A stretch of 27,706 bases of DNA from a virus. Positions within the stretch are counted from its first letter, which is position 1. Every line of letters starts with the position of its first letter. The DNA is taken from IMG/VR virus record IMGVR_UViG_3300002062_000002, one strand, 5' to 3'. Shown here one piece after another: positions 9,420 to 18,695 of the stretch. The notes beneath the pieces were generated by a model that was not told the origin of the DNA, made no database searches, and saw only the letters and a program-made list of their open reading frames with translations. The translations under genes and the position numbers were made by a program.

Positions 9420-10302
9420 CTTTCATTTCCTCAAGTTCGTATTGTAACTTACTTACTCGGGCAGTGTATCGTTCAATGACTTCTTCTAACTTAGGATCTT
9501 TTTTACCCATTGATTCATTTTTGAGATGGGCCAACTTAAGATTTAGTAGTTCCATTTCTTCTTCGGCTAAGCGGATACGGTGTACCTGATAGCGGGCAAC
9601 TAACATCCCTAAATGATAGAAGGGATTTAACGCCGAGCTAATAAACCCAAATTTATTCGGATCTACTTTATCCAGCCCTACTTGCTGACGAATAATTGGA
9701 GCCGTTTCAGGATCAACCTTAATATCTGGAATGCCATCAAATGACTTTTCCAGTTGACGCTGAGTCTTTAAATTCGCATTAACAACTATCATAAAGTCAG
9801 TGAGTCGTTTATTAACAAACTCCATATCTTTAGATAGATGTTTACCCGCGGCAGTTTCACCCAGGCCCTCAAAGCCATAAGTAGCCAATAGCAGCCTGCG
9901 CGAGAATACACTTAAGAACGCAATGGATTCAATGTACTGTGCGATGTTTACTTTCAGGTACGTCATACCCTCACGCACTGCCACACTATCATAATGCTCG
10001 TCTACCAGCTTGTGTAGTAACACAATGTTCTTACTGGCGTTCTTTAGAGCGTCATTTACTGCCAATATATAGTTTTCATGGCGACCATCCACCTTTGCAT
10101 CGAAACGGCGCTGTACGTCTTTCAATACACGTGATTTAAACTTATACCGTTTATTAAACAGTTCGGTGGCATTAACATACGGAGGAATAGATTTGTGATT
10201 TACTTCATCTGCTAAATTACGCAGTTCTTCTTTTAACGTCGATTTACTAATTGACGGTAACATTGATTCAAAGAACTTTTCGATTTTCATTTCGTGCTCC
10301 AT
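9412..10302 (-). CDS. Virion head protein, phiKZ gp90-like
   Basis: 296-aa helical protein with an NPFYHLG motif followed by a C-terminal coiled coil; synteny. The start may be at the second Met (MKIEKF). Confidence 0.72.
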   Translation of the reverse strand: MEHEMKIEKFFESMLPSISKSTLKEELRNLADEVNHKSIPPYVNATELFNKRYKFKSRVLKDVQRRFDAKVDGRHENYILAVNDALKNASKNIVLLHKLVDEHYDSVAVREGMTYLKVNIAQYIESIAFLSVFSRRLLLATYGFEGLGETAAGKHLSKDMEFVNKRLTDFMIVVNANLKTQRQLEKSFDGIPDIKVDPETAPIIRQQVGLDKVDPNKFGFISSALNPFYHLGMLVARYQVHRIRLAEEEMELLNLKLAHLKNESMGKKDPKLEEVIERYTARVSKLQYELEEMKDV

Positions 10303-10310
10303 TCCTATAT

Positions 10311-11399
10311 TTAAAATTGGGGCGAGTTACCCAACTGGTAAGCCTTTAATATCTCGCCAACATCCGGACCAGTACCTTTGTTAACGGACTTTAATTCACT
10401 AATGGCTAAACGCGTGGGGTCTTCTATGCCGCGATGATAGATAGTGACCTGTTCAAAATCCACATCGACTACTACATATATCATAGTTAATGTGTTTTTA
10501 AACAACTGCTGCCTATCGCGGAAGCGTTTCATTTTACCGCCCATCTTCTTTTCGATTTGGCGCATAGTTGAATCTGAAACAACCACCATGGCAGAAGCGT
10601 TGTTAACTGAAGGCTCCCCTGATAGTAATCCTGCAATTCGATTTTTAGTACGACGGTTTGCCAGGGCGGATACAGTACCGTCGGTATCTTCAATCATTGC
10701 GCGTTTATTCGTTTCGATTAAATCTCGACATAATACAATGTCCTTCCAAAAGGAGAGCTCTTTAGCATCCCACTCAAGATAACGCGTACGGGCACGTGTA
10801 TCCTTTGATTTACCTGCCATTATGGTAGATATAGTATCTGGAGTGGTTGTTTTAACACGCAGTCGGACAGATACATCTAGTTCTGCCTCGTGGCCATTTT
10901 CTTTAACGGTAACTTTAAGTAGTTTACCCACCGCAAGATTAGATGCCTCAGTTAACTTAGCGTGTTCACCTGACTTGGTATTTGTAGAACTTTCAAACTC
11001 GTCACGTTTGTTACGTTTATTACGTGTCATTTCCAAAGATATCGTTGGAAGACCGACATCATATGACTCAAGTGATATAAAGCTTTCTAACGCACCTACC
11101 CCCGCGCGCATGGGAGAGCGTTCCGTGCTTAATTTATTTAATAGCTTAGAAACGTCAATATTACCCACGTTAGCGGTTATGGATACAGCCTGTAAGTAAT
11201 ATCCTGAAAATATACTAACTAACGTATGTAATACATCTGTTGCATACGGCTGATTACGTAATGTGCTATCTAAAATGACAACCGGTTCTACCCGCGTATC
11301 TTTAGTATAATCAATTAAAGATTCGGATGTGGCACTTTGCATTAAATTAGAAAGACGACCCACCGTAGCGAGTGTAGTGTCTACACCTTCCTTATACAT
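10311..11399 (-). CDS. Virion head protein, phiKZ gp89-like
   Basis: Start corrected to MYKEG at 11399 (362 aa; AAGGGG Shine-Dalgarno), which avoids overlap with the divergent gene. Motifs TRVEP...YLQAV, internal ALE/SLE/SLE sites, and C-terminal GPDVGEILKAY. Confidence 0.75.
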   Translation of the reverse strand: MYKEGVDTTLATVGRLSNLMQSATSESLIDYTKDTRVEPVVILDSTLRNQPYATDVLHTLVSIFSGYYLQAVSITANVGNIDVSKLLNKLSTERSPMRAGVGALESFISLESYDVGLPTISLEMTRNKRNKRDEFESSTNTKSGEHAKLTEASNLAVGKLLKVTVKENGHEAELDVSVRLRVKTTTPDTISTIMAGKSKDTRARTRYLEWDAKELSFWKDIVLCRDLIETNKRAMIEDTDGTVSALANRRTKNRIAGLLSGEPSVNNASAMVVVSDSTMRQIEKKMGGKMKRFRDRQQLFKNTLTMIYVVVDVDFEQVTIYHRGIEDPTRLAISELKSVNKGTGPDVGEILKAYQLGNSPQF

Positions 11400-11425
11400 G
11401 AATTTCCCCTTAGGAGTTAAAGTTA

Positions 11426-12523
11426 ATGTCTGACAATTCAAGAATCGCAGAACAATTTAGACAGCAGACAGCACTAAGAGATGCGATAATTAGAACAACG
11501 GGTTCTAAAGTTTCACTTTCTAAGGCAGCATCTAGTGCTTTCTATGGCATAAATTACCGTAGTGTAGGTATGCCGGTTAAATCAAATTCAGATACCCACG
11601 GACTGACATTCATTACCCGCCCCAGACTAAATTTGTCATATGATAATATTAGTGGAGTGCGCAACTTTACACAATTACTTACTGATGATCAGTTTACTTT
11701 ATCTAGAGCGGTGCGATGTTTACTTGATCCCGTGAGTAATAAAGGCATTGAAGGGGGGGTTAGATCGAAAATAAGCTCTCCTATTATTGATGAAAATAAT
11801 CCATTTATGGCTATTCTTAGCAACTCCATTATTAGTGTTTCTGGTTTTCCAGATGCGGTGATGGATACCCACACGTCACCCAACGGACTTGCGAATGAAT
11901 CATGGTCAATGATCGATTCCCTACCCAATGATTATAGTACATATGATCTTACTTTAAACTTTAGGAATATGTCGGGTGACCCCATTTCATTGATTATGCA
12001 TATATGGACGCAATATGCAGCGCGGGTATCAGAAGGATCTATGTCACCCTGGCCGGAGGCCATTGCCGAAAATGAAATGGATTATAACTGTAGGATATAT
12101 CGGTTAGTACTGGACGATAAACGAAAGTACGTACAAAAGATTGCGGCAACGGGATATTCTTCGCCGTACGTTAATCCAATTGGCGCGGCATTTAACTACG
12201 ACGTTAACCAACCTACCATCACAGATAACAAAGAAATATCCGTTCCCTTTAAATGTAGTGGAATTATGTACAACGACCCAATACTAGTTACCTATTTTAA
12301 TGCACTGGTATCCGGTTGGAATGGCAACATGAAAAATGGGGTTCGGGAACAAGCCATGGTGAAGGTACCCGAAGAATTAAAGAACTACTTTAACTACAGT
12401 GCGTATCCTAGAATAAGTGAAGATGGGGTAATGGAATTAGAGTGGTGGGTAAATAAAATAGATTACGAAGAAAGCGTTCGTGGCGGTAAGGTTGAATTCA
12501 ATCCAGAAGACTATATAGTGTAA
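11426..12523 (+). CDS. Virion structural protein, phiKZ gp88-like (tail tube/baseplate junction candidate)
   Basis: 365 aa with GLTFITRPRLNLS and EMDYNCRIYRLVLD segments. Forms an opposite-strand pair with the 968-aa gene, as recalled for phiKZ-like phages. Confidence 0.72.
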   Translation: MSDNSRIAEQFRQQTALRDAIIRTTGSKVSLSKAASSAFYGINYRSVGMPVKSNSDTHGLTFITRPRLNLSYDNISGVRNFTQLLTDDQFTLSRAVRCLLDPVSNKGIEGGVRSKISSPIIDENNPFMAILSNSIISVSGFPDAVMDTHTSPNGLANESWSMIDSLPNDYSTYDLTLNFRNMSGDPISLIMHIWTQYAARVSEGSMSPWPEAIAENEMDYNCRIYRLVLDDKRKYVQKIAATGYSSPYVNPIGAAFNYDVNQPTITDNKEISVPFKCSGIMYNDPILVTYFNALVSGWNGNMKNGVREQAMVKVPEELKNYFNYSAYPRISEDGVMELEWWVNKIDYEESVRGGKVEFNPEDYIV

Positions 12524-12533
12524 GGTTACGGTT

Positions 12534-15440
12534 ATGGAAAATATACAAACAAGCGAGTTATTATCTAAACTTGATCAATTTCGAACAAACCCAAATGCGA
12601 TACAGCGTGAGGTGTATACATTATTAGAAAAGGCGGTGGCGGGTAAACTATTGGTAGTTGACCCAGCTAATCCATTCTCATTACTATTGGAATCCGCAGC
12701 CGTTATGTCAGCGGATGCACTTAATGAGGGGGAGGCCGTAACGCGTCGTCTATACTCACAACTTGTTACTAATGAAGATGAGTTGTTTGGACACATTGCA
12801 GACATGGAGTATATCGGTGTATGGGGAACCCCGAGTACTGCTGACTTTTTATTCATGTTAAATGTCGATGAGGTAAAAAAGTTAGCGGTGGTGGTTCCGG
12901 GTACCGGCACTAAGAAATTAACCATTCCTAGAGAAACTGAGGTGCGGGTTGGCGGTGCATCATTTACATTCGCATATCCCATTGACATTATAGTAACCGC
13001 AAGCGATTCCATTAGCGTCATTTACGATACTTCCAGAATGTCACCGTTTATGTCGCTGCAGTCTAATGTATTGGAATATAAAATATTACCCTTTAACGGA
13101 ATTAACGCGTTACTCTTTAAAGTTCCAGGAATGCAGTACTCTGTAGAGAGTAGAATCTCGCCCCTATCTAACTCCACTGGATTTATTGTTCGCTACCCAC
13201 TTACTGATCAATTATATTATTGTCGAGTGTATCATAGATTAGAAAGTGCATCGGAATGGATTGAATTAGCCACCACACACTCTTCAAATATTTATGATAG
13301 AGAAACCCCTACCGCCGCACTTAAACGCGCCGACAATACGTTAACCATACGTATACCTGAGGTGTATTTTAATACCGGGCAAATGGGGGTGGACTTACGT
13401 ATAGATATTTTTGAAACCAAGGGGGATCTTTCATTGGCGTTGGGGGAATATCCCGATACTGCAGTGGGTAGAACATTTAAAGATCTTGACCCAGAAGAAA
13501 ACGGTAGGTATACCGCACCCCTATCACTTATAACCCAGCTTGCCGTGACGGGGGACGGTACAACAAAGGGGGGGAGTCCGGGACTAGATTTTAAAGAATT
13601 ACAAGCGCGTACGGTTAGGAACTCAACCTACAAACCAGTAGCGGTGAGTGAGATTGATCTGGTAAACGATTTGAAGGACAGTGGATATACTGTGTCTACC
13701 GTTATTGATAATATAACCAATCGAACATTCCAAGCTAGTCGTCAAATGCCTTATCCCACGGTTGGACTATCGTCTAGTGCCATTGGAACTACCGTTGCAA
13801 CCTTACGGTTAACCTCCTTCATTCTATCCGCCCCAAGTACAATTGTCAAAGATGACTTAACTTGGTCTATAATGCCAAACACGTTATATAAGACTCAGGG
13901 TAGGGCGTTTGTGATTGTGGCGGACAGTGAAAGAGAGTGGCTGACGTCTATGTCGCCCGATGAACTAATAGCAACATTAAATGCCGGTAAGTATTTCTTT
14001 AGTCCTTTCCTTACCACGCTAGACACGGCGGGCAATCAATTTGGGTATAAAAATTATATCATTGATCAGCCTAAAATAGCCAGTAAATACTTTATCTCGG
14101 ATAACGATAACGTAGATTACATAGCGGCCATTACCGCTATTGATACGCATAAAGTTGATACGGGTTATGTGGTTAATGTTGCAGTAACGGGGCAGGTGGG
14201 ACATGAAACGCTACCCGCCGATAAGACCGGTCTTCAAATGGCGTTTAAACCCGCGGGTGGGGAACGGAGAGCGTACCTGGAAGGCGTTAATGGTGGGCGC
14301 GATAATGAAGGTAGACTATTGTTTAGTTTTTATATCGATACTAATTTTACCATTGCGGATGGTAACGAGTTACAAGTAAACAACTTTGTAATGTCTTCTA
14401 GCGATACCCTACGACTACCCATTACTCCCGATACCAAATTTGACTTTATTCATTACGTTACTGAACTTGGGTTAACCGAGGAAAATAAGGGGGGTATACA
14501 ATCCCTGGTGGGGGGTGGTGCCGCGCCCATGGATGCGGTTGCGGTATCACATGAAACCGTGAATGTGCGGCTATTCGAAGTATTAGATGGGTTAGTTAAT
14601 CGCTCACGTACGTCAATTGACGCCCCTGCATATAGTGTACACACCGTAGATGTCCCTTTAACGTATACTGAAGACGTTTTCCAAATAAACCCCATAACAG
14701 GTCACCTTGATTTAGAGCAGCAGTCAGATGGGCGTTGGGAGCCCATTTTAATACATGCCTTTGGCGATGAGGTTTTGGATTCAAATGGGGAAGTGAGGCT
14801 ACGTCATCGTGCGGGGGAACGAATACTGGATTCAAATGGCGAGCCCGTACTCGTGAATAGTTTACAGGAGACGTACTATATCGATCAGGTATTGATGGAC
14901 GCACGATATTTATTTGCAACCGAACCTGGAAGCGTTGAATATATCCGTCGGGTAGCCACGACTATAGGTCAATGGGTAAGTCAAGATATTGACACGATGC
15001 GTCAAGAGTTATTGGCGGGCACTGACTTATTCTTCAGCCCTAAAACAAATGTGGGGATGTTAGAAGTATACTCCACTAAAGGGGAGGCGTTAACCATTGA
15101 TTCGGCCGTATCGGTTACCATTGATTTATACGTAGATTATAACTCGTATTTAAATACCGCTATCCGTAATGCGTTGAGTGTTTCAGTTAAAGAAATAGTC
15201 ATTGCCGAATTAGCACTTCAACGAATATCGACGGGGTCAATTCACGATTCCATCCGGTCTCGCGTGGGAGATAATGTCATTGCCATTAAGGTTAATTCAT
15301 TTAACAATACGGATATAGATGCCTTCACTATTCAAAATGTGGGCCAGGGATGCAGTCTAGCAAAAGAACTAGCGCGTCAGCCCGATGGTACCTTGGCATT
15401 GGTAGATGATTTAACCATTAACTTTATACGTCACGAATAA
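12534..15440 (+). CDS. Large baseplate (wedge-type) protein, phiKZ gp87-like
   Basis: 968 aa with N-terminal DPANPFSLLLE, a middle TKGGSPG...DNITNR segment and LDSNGE repeats. The architecture is like T4 gp6/P2 J-type wedge proteins; synteny. Confidence 0.75.
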   Translation: MENIQTSELLSKLDQFRTNPNAIQREVYTLLEKAVAGKLLVVDPANPFSLLLESAAVMSADALNEGEAVTRRLYSQLVTNEDELFGHIADMEYIGVWGTPSTADFLFMLNVDEVKKLAVVVPGTGTKKLTIPRETEVRVGGASFTFAYPIDIIVTASDSISVIYDTSRMSPFMSLQSNVLEYKILPFNGINALLFKVPGMQYSVESRISPLSNSTGFIVRYPLTDQLYYCRVYHRLESASEWIELATTHSSNIYDRETPTAALKRADNTLTIRIPEVYFNTGQMGVDLRIDIFETKGDLSLALGEYPDTAVGRTFKDLDPEENGRYTAPLSLITQLAVTGDGTTKGGSPGLDFKELQARTVRNSTYKPVAVSEIDLVNDLKDSGYTVSTVIDNITNRTFQASRQMPYPTVGLSSSAIGTTVATLRLTSFILSAPSTIVKDDLTWSIMPNTLYKTQGRAFVIVADSEREWLTSMSPDELIATLNAGKYFFSPFLTTLDTAGNQFGYKNYIIDQPKIASKYFISDNDNVDYIAAITAIDTHKVDTGYVVNVAVTGQVGHETLPADKTGLQMAFKPAGGERRAYLEGVNGGRDNEGRLLFSFYIDTNFTIADGNELQVNNFVMSSSDTLRLPITPDTKFDFIHYVTELGLTEENKGGIQSLVGGGAAPMDAVAVSHETVNVRLFEVLDGLVNRSRTSIDAPAYSVHTVDVPLTYTEDVFQINPITGHLDLEQQSDGRWEPILIHAFGDEVLDSNGEVRLRHRAGERILDSNGEPVLVNSLQETYYIDQVLMDARYLFATEPGSVEYIRRVATTIGQWVSQDIDTMRQELLAGTDLFFSPKTNVGMLEVYSTKGEALTIDSAVSVTIDLYVDYNSYLNTAIRNALSVSVKEIVIAELALQRISTGSIHDSIRSRVGDNVIAIKVNSFNNTDIDAFTIQNVGQGCSLAKELARQPDGTLALVDDLTINFIRHE

Positions 15441-15448
15441 CAATACTC

Positions 15449-15477
15449 GGGCATATAGGAGGGGTTTCCCCCTCCTA
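15449..15477. terminator. Hairpin at a convergent junction
   Basis: Minus strand reads TAGGAGGGG-GAAA-CCCCTCCTA-TATGCCC (GNRA loop, 9-bp stem). Confidence 0.8.
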
Positions 15478-15478
15478 C

Positions 15479-16744
15479 TTATTCCGCGTCCATAGTTACA
15501 AGCTTACGTTTAATAGTTCTACCGCATAAATCAATGGTATTAAATACGGAATCAACCTCTTTACTGTAGATTAGAAATGATTTTAATATTTCCGTTAACG
15601 TTAATCCCATAATGCGTAACATCTTAGTAGATTGCACATATGAACTTTTTATAGCGGGTATTTCTTTGTGCTTCAACGAGCTATCTTTATACGTCTCCAT
15701 CGTAGTGGCGTAGATGCGATCTTTGTCGGTATCAAATTTACGTGCAAGCGACTCAATCATATCCTGTAGCTTCGTCGACATAGCAACCATCTTTAAATCC
15801 ATGACGCGCTCTATCTCTTTTGGATTTTCTAAAAGATGTATCATGGGAGTGATTGCTTTAATGTACTCTTTTTCAGATACGGCTTCTTTACGTAGCTCGA
15901 TAAACTCTTTATTGTACGCCTTTACACTATCGTACATAGCGCTAAGGTTGCTCCAATCATCCGTAATTTTAAACTTTACGTTACCAAATTCTTTATCAAA
16001 AAACGAGAACTTGCTTTTCGCAATCTTGGCATACATTTGAGAGGTATGGTGAAGAAGTAAATCCGGTACCTGTTCTGCCCCACCTTCATCCGCCCGCATG
16101 CGTTCTTCTGCAAGCGCATCGAATAGCGACAGGGCTTGGGTATTAATGGTTTCAAATACTTCCACGTATTCTTTTAGCATCTTAAAGTCACTGGACAGTT
16201 CGGGAATTCTATCCATCCGCTTTGATAATATAACATGTGTTTTAGCTAGGTGTACGTGTTTAAAGATATCGGTTGGGTATTTCTTTAGTACGTCCATTGC
16301 GCTGAATGTAGACTCCTTAACGACTTCGCGTAAGCTTTCACTTGATGCTACCGCGCTAGCCGCCGAGTTTGTTATTGCACTATCCGAAGAACCGCTTCCA
16401 AATAGCCATTTAAAGGGGGCTAGTAACACTTTAAAGATGCCAGATATAAATGCATAGAGTGCTCGCATTATACCGCCCAGCACCGAGCCAATGGCCCCAG
16501 CGATGCCCTCTAGCCCTAGCTCTATATTGGTGTCGGTTGGAAAGGTAGTAAAGCCATTAACATTAAACCGCGCCACCCCATGGTTAAACTTATCAATGGC
16601 AAACGCTTCGGTCGAGGAAATCCCCCCCTCGTCGTTAATCGTAGTGAGTACATCAACAACAGTAGAGTGGCTTTCATTAGAAACTTGGAGATCTAATTCA
16701 AAACGCTCTATTAAATTATCAATGGTAGTTAGATCAATTTCCAT
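15479..16744 (-). CDS. Internal head/ejection protein, phiKZ gp86-like
   Basis: 421 aa with SNE and GLE sites followed by a hydrophobic/amphipathic helix (GIAGAIGSVLGGIMRALYAFISGIFKVLLAPFKWLFG). Confidence 0.65.
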   Translation of the reverse strand: MEIDLTTIDNLIERFELDLQVSNESHSTVVDVLTTINDEGGISSTEAFAIDKFNHGVARFNVNGFTTFPTDTNIELGLEGIAGAIGSVLGGIMRALYAFISGIFKVLLAPFKWLFGSGSSDSAITNSAASAVASSESLREVVKESTFSAMDVLKKYPTDIFKHVHLAKTHVILSKRMDRIPELSSDFKMLKEYVEVFETINTQALSLFDALAEERMRADEGGAEQVPDLLLHHTSQMYAKIAKSKFSFFDKEFGNVKFKITDDWSNLSAMYDSVKAYNKEFIELRKEAVSEKEYIKAITPMIHLLENPKEIERVMDLKMVAMSTKLQDMIESLARKFDTDKDRIYATTMETYKDSSLKHKEIPAIKSSYVQSTKMLRIMGLTLTEILKSFLIYSKEVDSVFNTIDLCGRTIKRKLVTMDAE

Positions 16745-16754
16745 GGGGCGTCCT

Positions 16755-17138
16755 TTATCTATTTAGGGTAAGTATGCAATGGTTTAATACGGTGGAATCG
16801 GAAGGCGTATCCAATAGTGCCTTTAGCGTTACCTGTGGGATATGGCAACAATCATAGCGCTTCTTCCATAGGTCGTATACTAAGGTTGTAACTGCATCAA
16901 TTGGAAACATTTTTATTTCATTGATCTCTCCCACACACTGATTAACAAACGCTTGATGGGTTTCAATGAAATAAATCTTAGGTGCCGTAACTGCTTGGCT
17001 GGGTATATCTAATTTACACGATATATGGCAGGCAATGGATTGTATAAATAGGTCACGCTTAGCTTGCTCGTCGACATTTATTGTGTCAATGTATTTAGTG
17101 ACCGATACAACTTTTTTATGGAGTGGCATATTTAACAT
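16755..17138 (-). CDS. Small virion protein, phiKZ gp85-like
   Basis: 127 aa lying between the gp84-like and gp86-like genes; contains DLWKKRY. Confidence 0.6.
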   Translation of the reverse strand: MLNMPLHKKVVSVTKYIDTINVDEQAKRDLFIQSIACHISCKLDIPSQAVTAPKIYFIETHQAFVNQCVGEINEIKMFPIDAVTTLVYDLWKKRYDCCHIPQVTLKALLDTPSDSTVLNHCILTLNR

Positions 17139-17150
17139 AGGGTAAAATCC

Positions 17151-18437
17151 TTATAGGGTAGAGAATCTAGTGGCCGTTAGGTTGAGGTCGCTCATTAATA
17201 GCTTTTCAATGGCCTGCTGGCCCTGCTTTAACTTGAGTTGCTTTCTGGTGGCGGGTGAGAATACACGATGCAGTAATTGTACTACCGTATCATTTTTTGA
17301 CATGGCACGTATAACATCATCAATCATAGCGACGTTGGCCTGTAATTCTTTTATTTTCGACTTGGATAACTTTGAGTTTTTTGTTTCAGAAATCATATCC
17401 CGACGGATTCTATTTGCACGATCTAAGGGATGATCGTACGTAGAGTAGTGTGGGCTGGAATTTATAAGCATTATAATCCCTATTAGTGCAGTAAACGGGA
17501 ATAACAGACTCAGTATACTCACCCCATAGATAGTCGTTAAGGTACGAACAATCTGCATGGTATAAAATGAGGATTTGCTTCTGTATATATCCGAACCAAC
17601 GCGCCTATGCATTTTATCCAAGGCCGTGATTAAGTACGTGCCGTTACCAAAACGACTAGCAAATTGATCGGATAGAAACTCAAAGCCCGTAGCGTCGTAG
17701 ACATTGGCCCCGGTTTCTGAAACAGATTTTGCCGTTTCAGCCTGGAGTAAGAATGCCGCTACCCCTTTTTTACTATTAGCCTGTGCCACCACGTCCATGT
17801 CCGGGATACTAACATTACGGGTTTTACTATACGCCTCTATAATTTTTACCTTGGGCAGTTTACGCTTAGGTGACATAATGCCACCAATGGCCGCTTCAAT
17901 GGCATAGTTAACACTAACAAGTTGGTATATCTGCTCGAAGTACGCAAAGCAGTGCCCTAGTTCGTGTAGGGTAATCATGGCAATTTCGTTTGGTGTAAAC
18001 TCACCACTGATAAACAATCCCCGCCCCAACGTAATGGTTACCGGCACCTTTGTAAAAACACCATGTACCTTACCGGCCTCTACATCCACCCACCCCTCAA
18101 GGAATCCATCTTTAGAGTTGGCCAATAAACGAAGAGCGTGTTCGTCGTCCCCCTCGCCTCTAGTGGAATTTACCTTTAAGACGTGATTCTTACCCAATTT
18201 AGGTATGGTGGCATAGGCGTTAAACGTATCCCACGACATGTTGCCCGAGGCAATCATCACTTGGACATCAAGGTTTGTTGCGTTGGTTAATAATTTAGTT
18301 ATCTCCGGGTTGGCGGTAACCGACTCACCGATCCCTTTTTCTTGTATGGTTGTAATGGCCGCTACTAAGTTTGTAAATAGCACGTCGGGCGATTGGTGCG
18401 CCACTGCTTCTAAGCCTAGTGTGTTTAGATTTCCCAT
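17151..18437 (-). CDS. Virion head protein with zincin HEXXH motif, phiKZ gp84-like
   Basis: 428 aa with N-terminal GLE site, FNAY strand, EIAMITLHELGH, downstream EFLSDQFASRFG, a hydrophobic segment, and TYDHPLDRANRI. Confidence 0.78.
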   Translation of the reverse strand: MGNLNTLGLEAVAHQSPDVLFTNLVAAITTIQEKGIGESVTANPEITKLLTNATNLDVQVMIASGNMSWDTFNAYATIPKLGKNHVLKVNSTRGEGDDEHALRLLANSKDGFLEGWVDVEAGKVHGVFTKVPVTITLGRGLFISGEFTPNEIAMITLHELGHCFAYFEQIYQLVSVNYAIEAAIGGIMSPKRKLPKVKIIEAYSKTRNVSIPDMDVVAQANSKKGVAAFLLQAETAKSVSETGANVYDATGFEFLSDQFASRFGNGTYLITALDKMHRRVGSDIYRSKSSFYTMQIVRTLTTIYGVSILSLLFPFTALIGIIMLINSSPHYSTYDHPLDRANRIRRDMISETKNSKLSKSKIKELQANVAMIDDVIRAMSKNDTVVQLLHRVFSPATRKQLKLKQGQQAIEKLLMSDLNLTATRFSTL

Positions 18438-18478
18438 GGAGTTACCTTATAGTTTTACGGTACAGTGAATGTAATTGC

Positions 18479-18488
18479 AGACATACAA
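18479..18488 (-). promoter_or_regulatory. Candidate late promoter TTGTATGTCT
   Basis: The identical 10-mer also occurs at 24207-24216. Both copies lie 30-45 nt upstream of minus-strand morphogenesis operons and contain the TATG core. Confidence 0.55.
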
Positions 18489-18628
18489 AGAAGCTTAGAG
18501 TTACTATAGTAGCTCTATATGGTAGGCATACTATCCCTTACCTAACTAATTGTATTCTTGCAGAATAAATTAATTATGTGGAAGCTAGTCCGATACAATA
18601 TTATTACGCTATGTAAAAAATAACACAA

Positions 18629-18660
18629 GTAAAAAAATAAGGGTGTCGTTATTGTTATAG
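18629..18660 (+). promoter_or_regulatory. Candidate middle-type promoter GTAAAAAAATA-N15-TTATAG
   Basis: The same two elements occur with identical spacing at 24229-24260. This copy is 35 nt upstream of the DNA polymerase gene. Confidence 0.55.
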
Positions 18661-18695
18661 TGGTAAAATATATGTAATCAACTAAGGTACCCCAA

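Noticed and set aside
11400-11441. Apparent head-to-head overlap of the 376-aa and 365-aa ORFs
   Set aside because: Resolved by the downstream ATG at 11399, which has a ribosome-binding site.
11426-15440. Opposite orientation of the two baseplate genes as a novel inversion
   Set aside because: This arrangement is recalled as the usual one in phiKZ-like phages.
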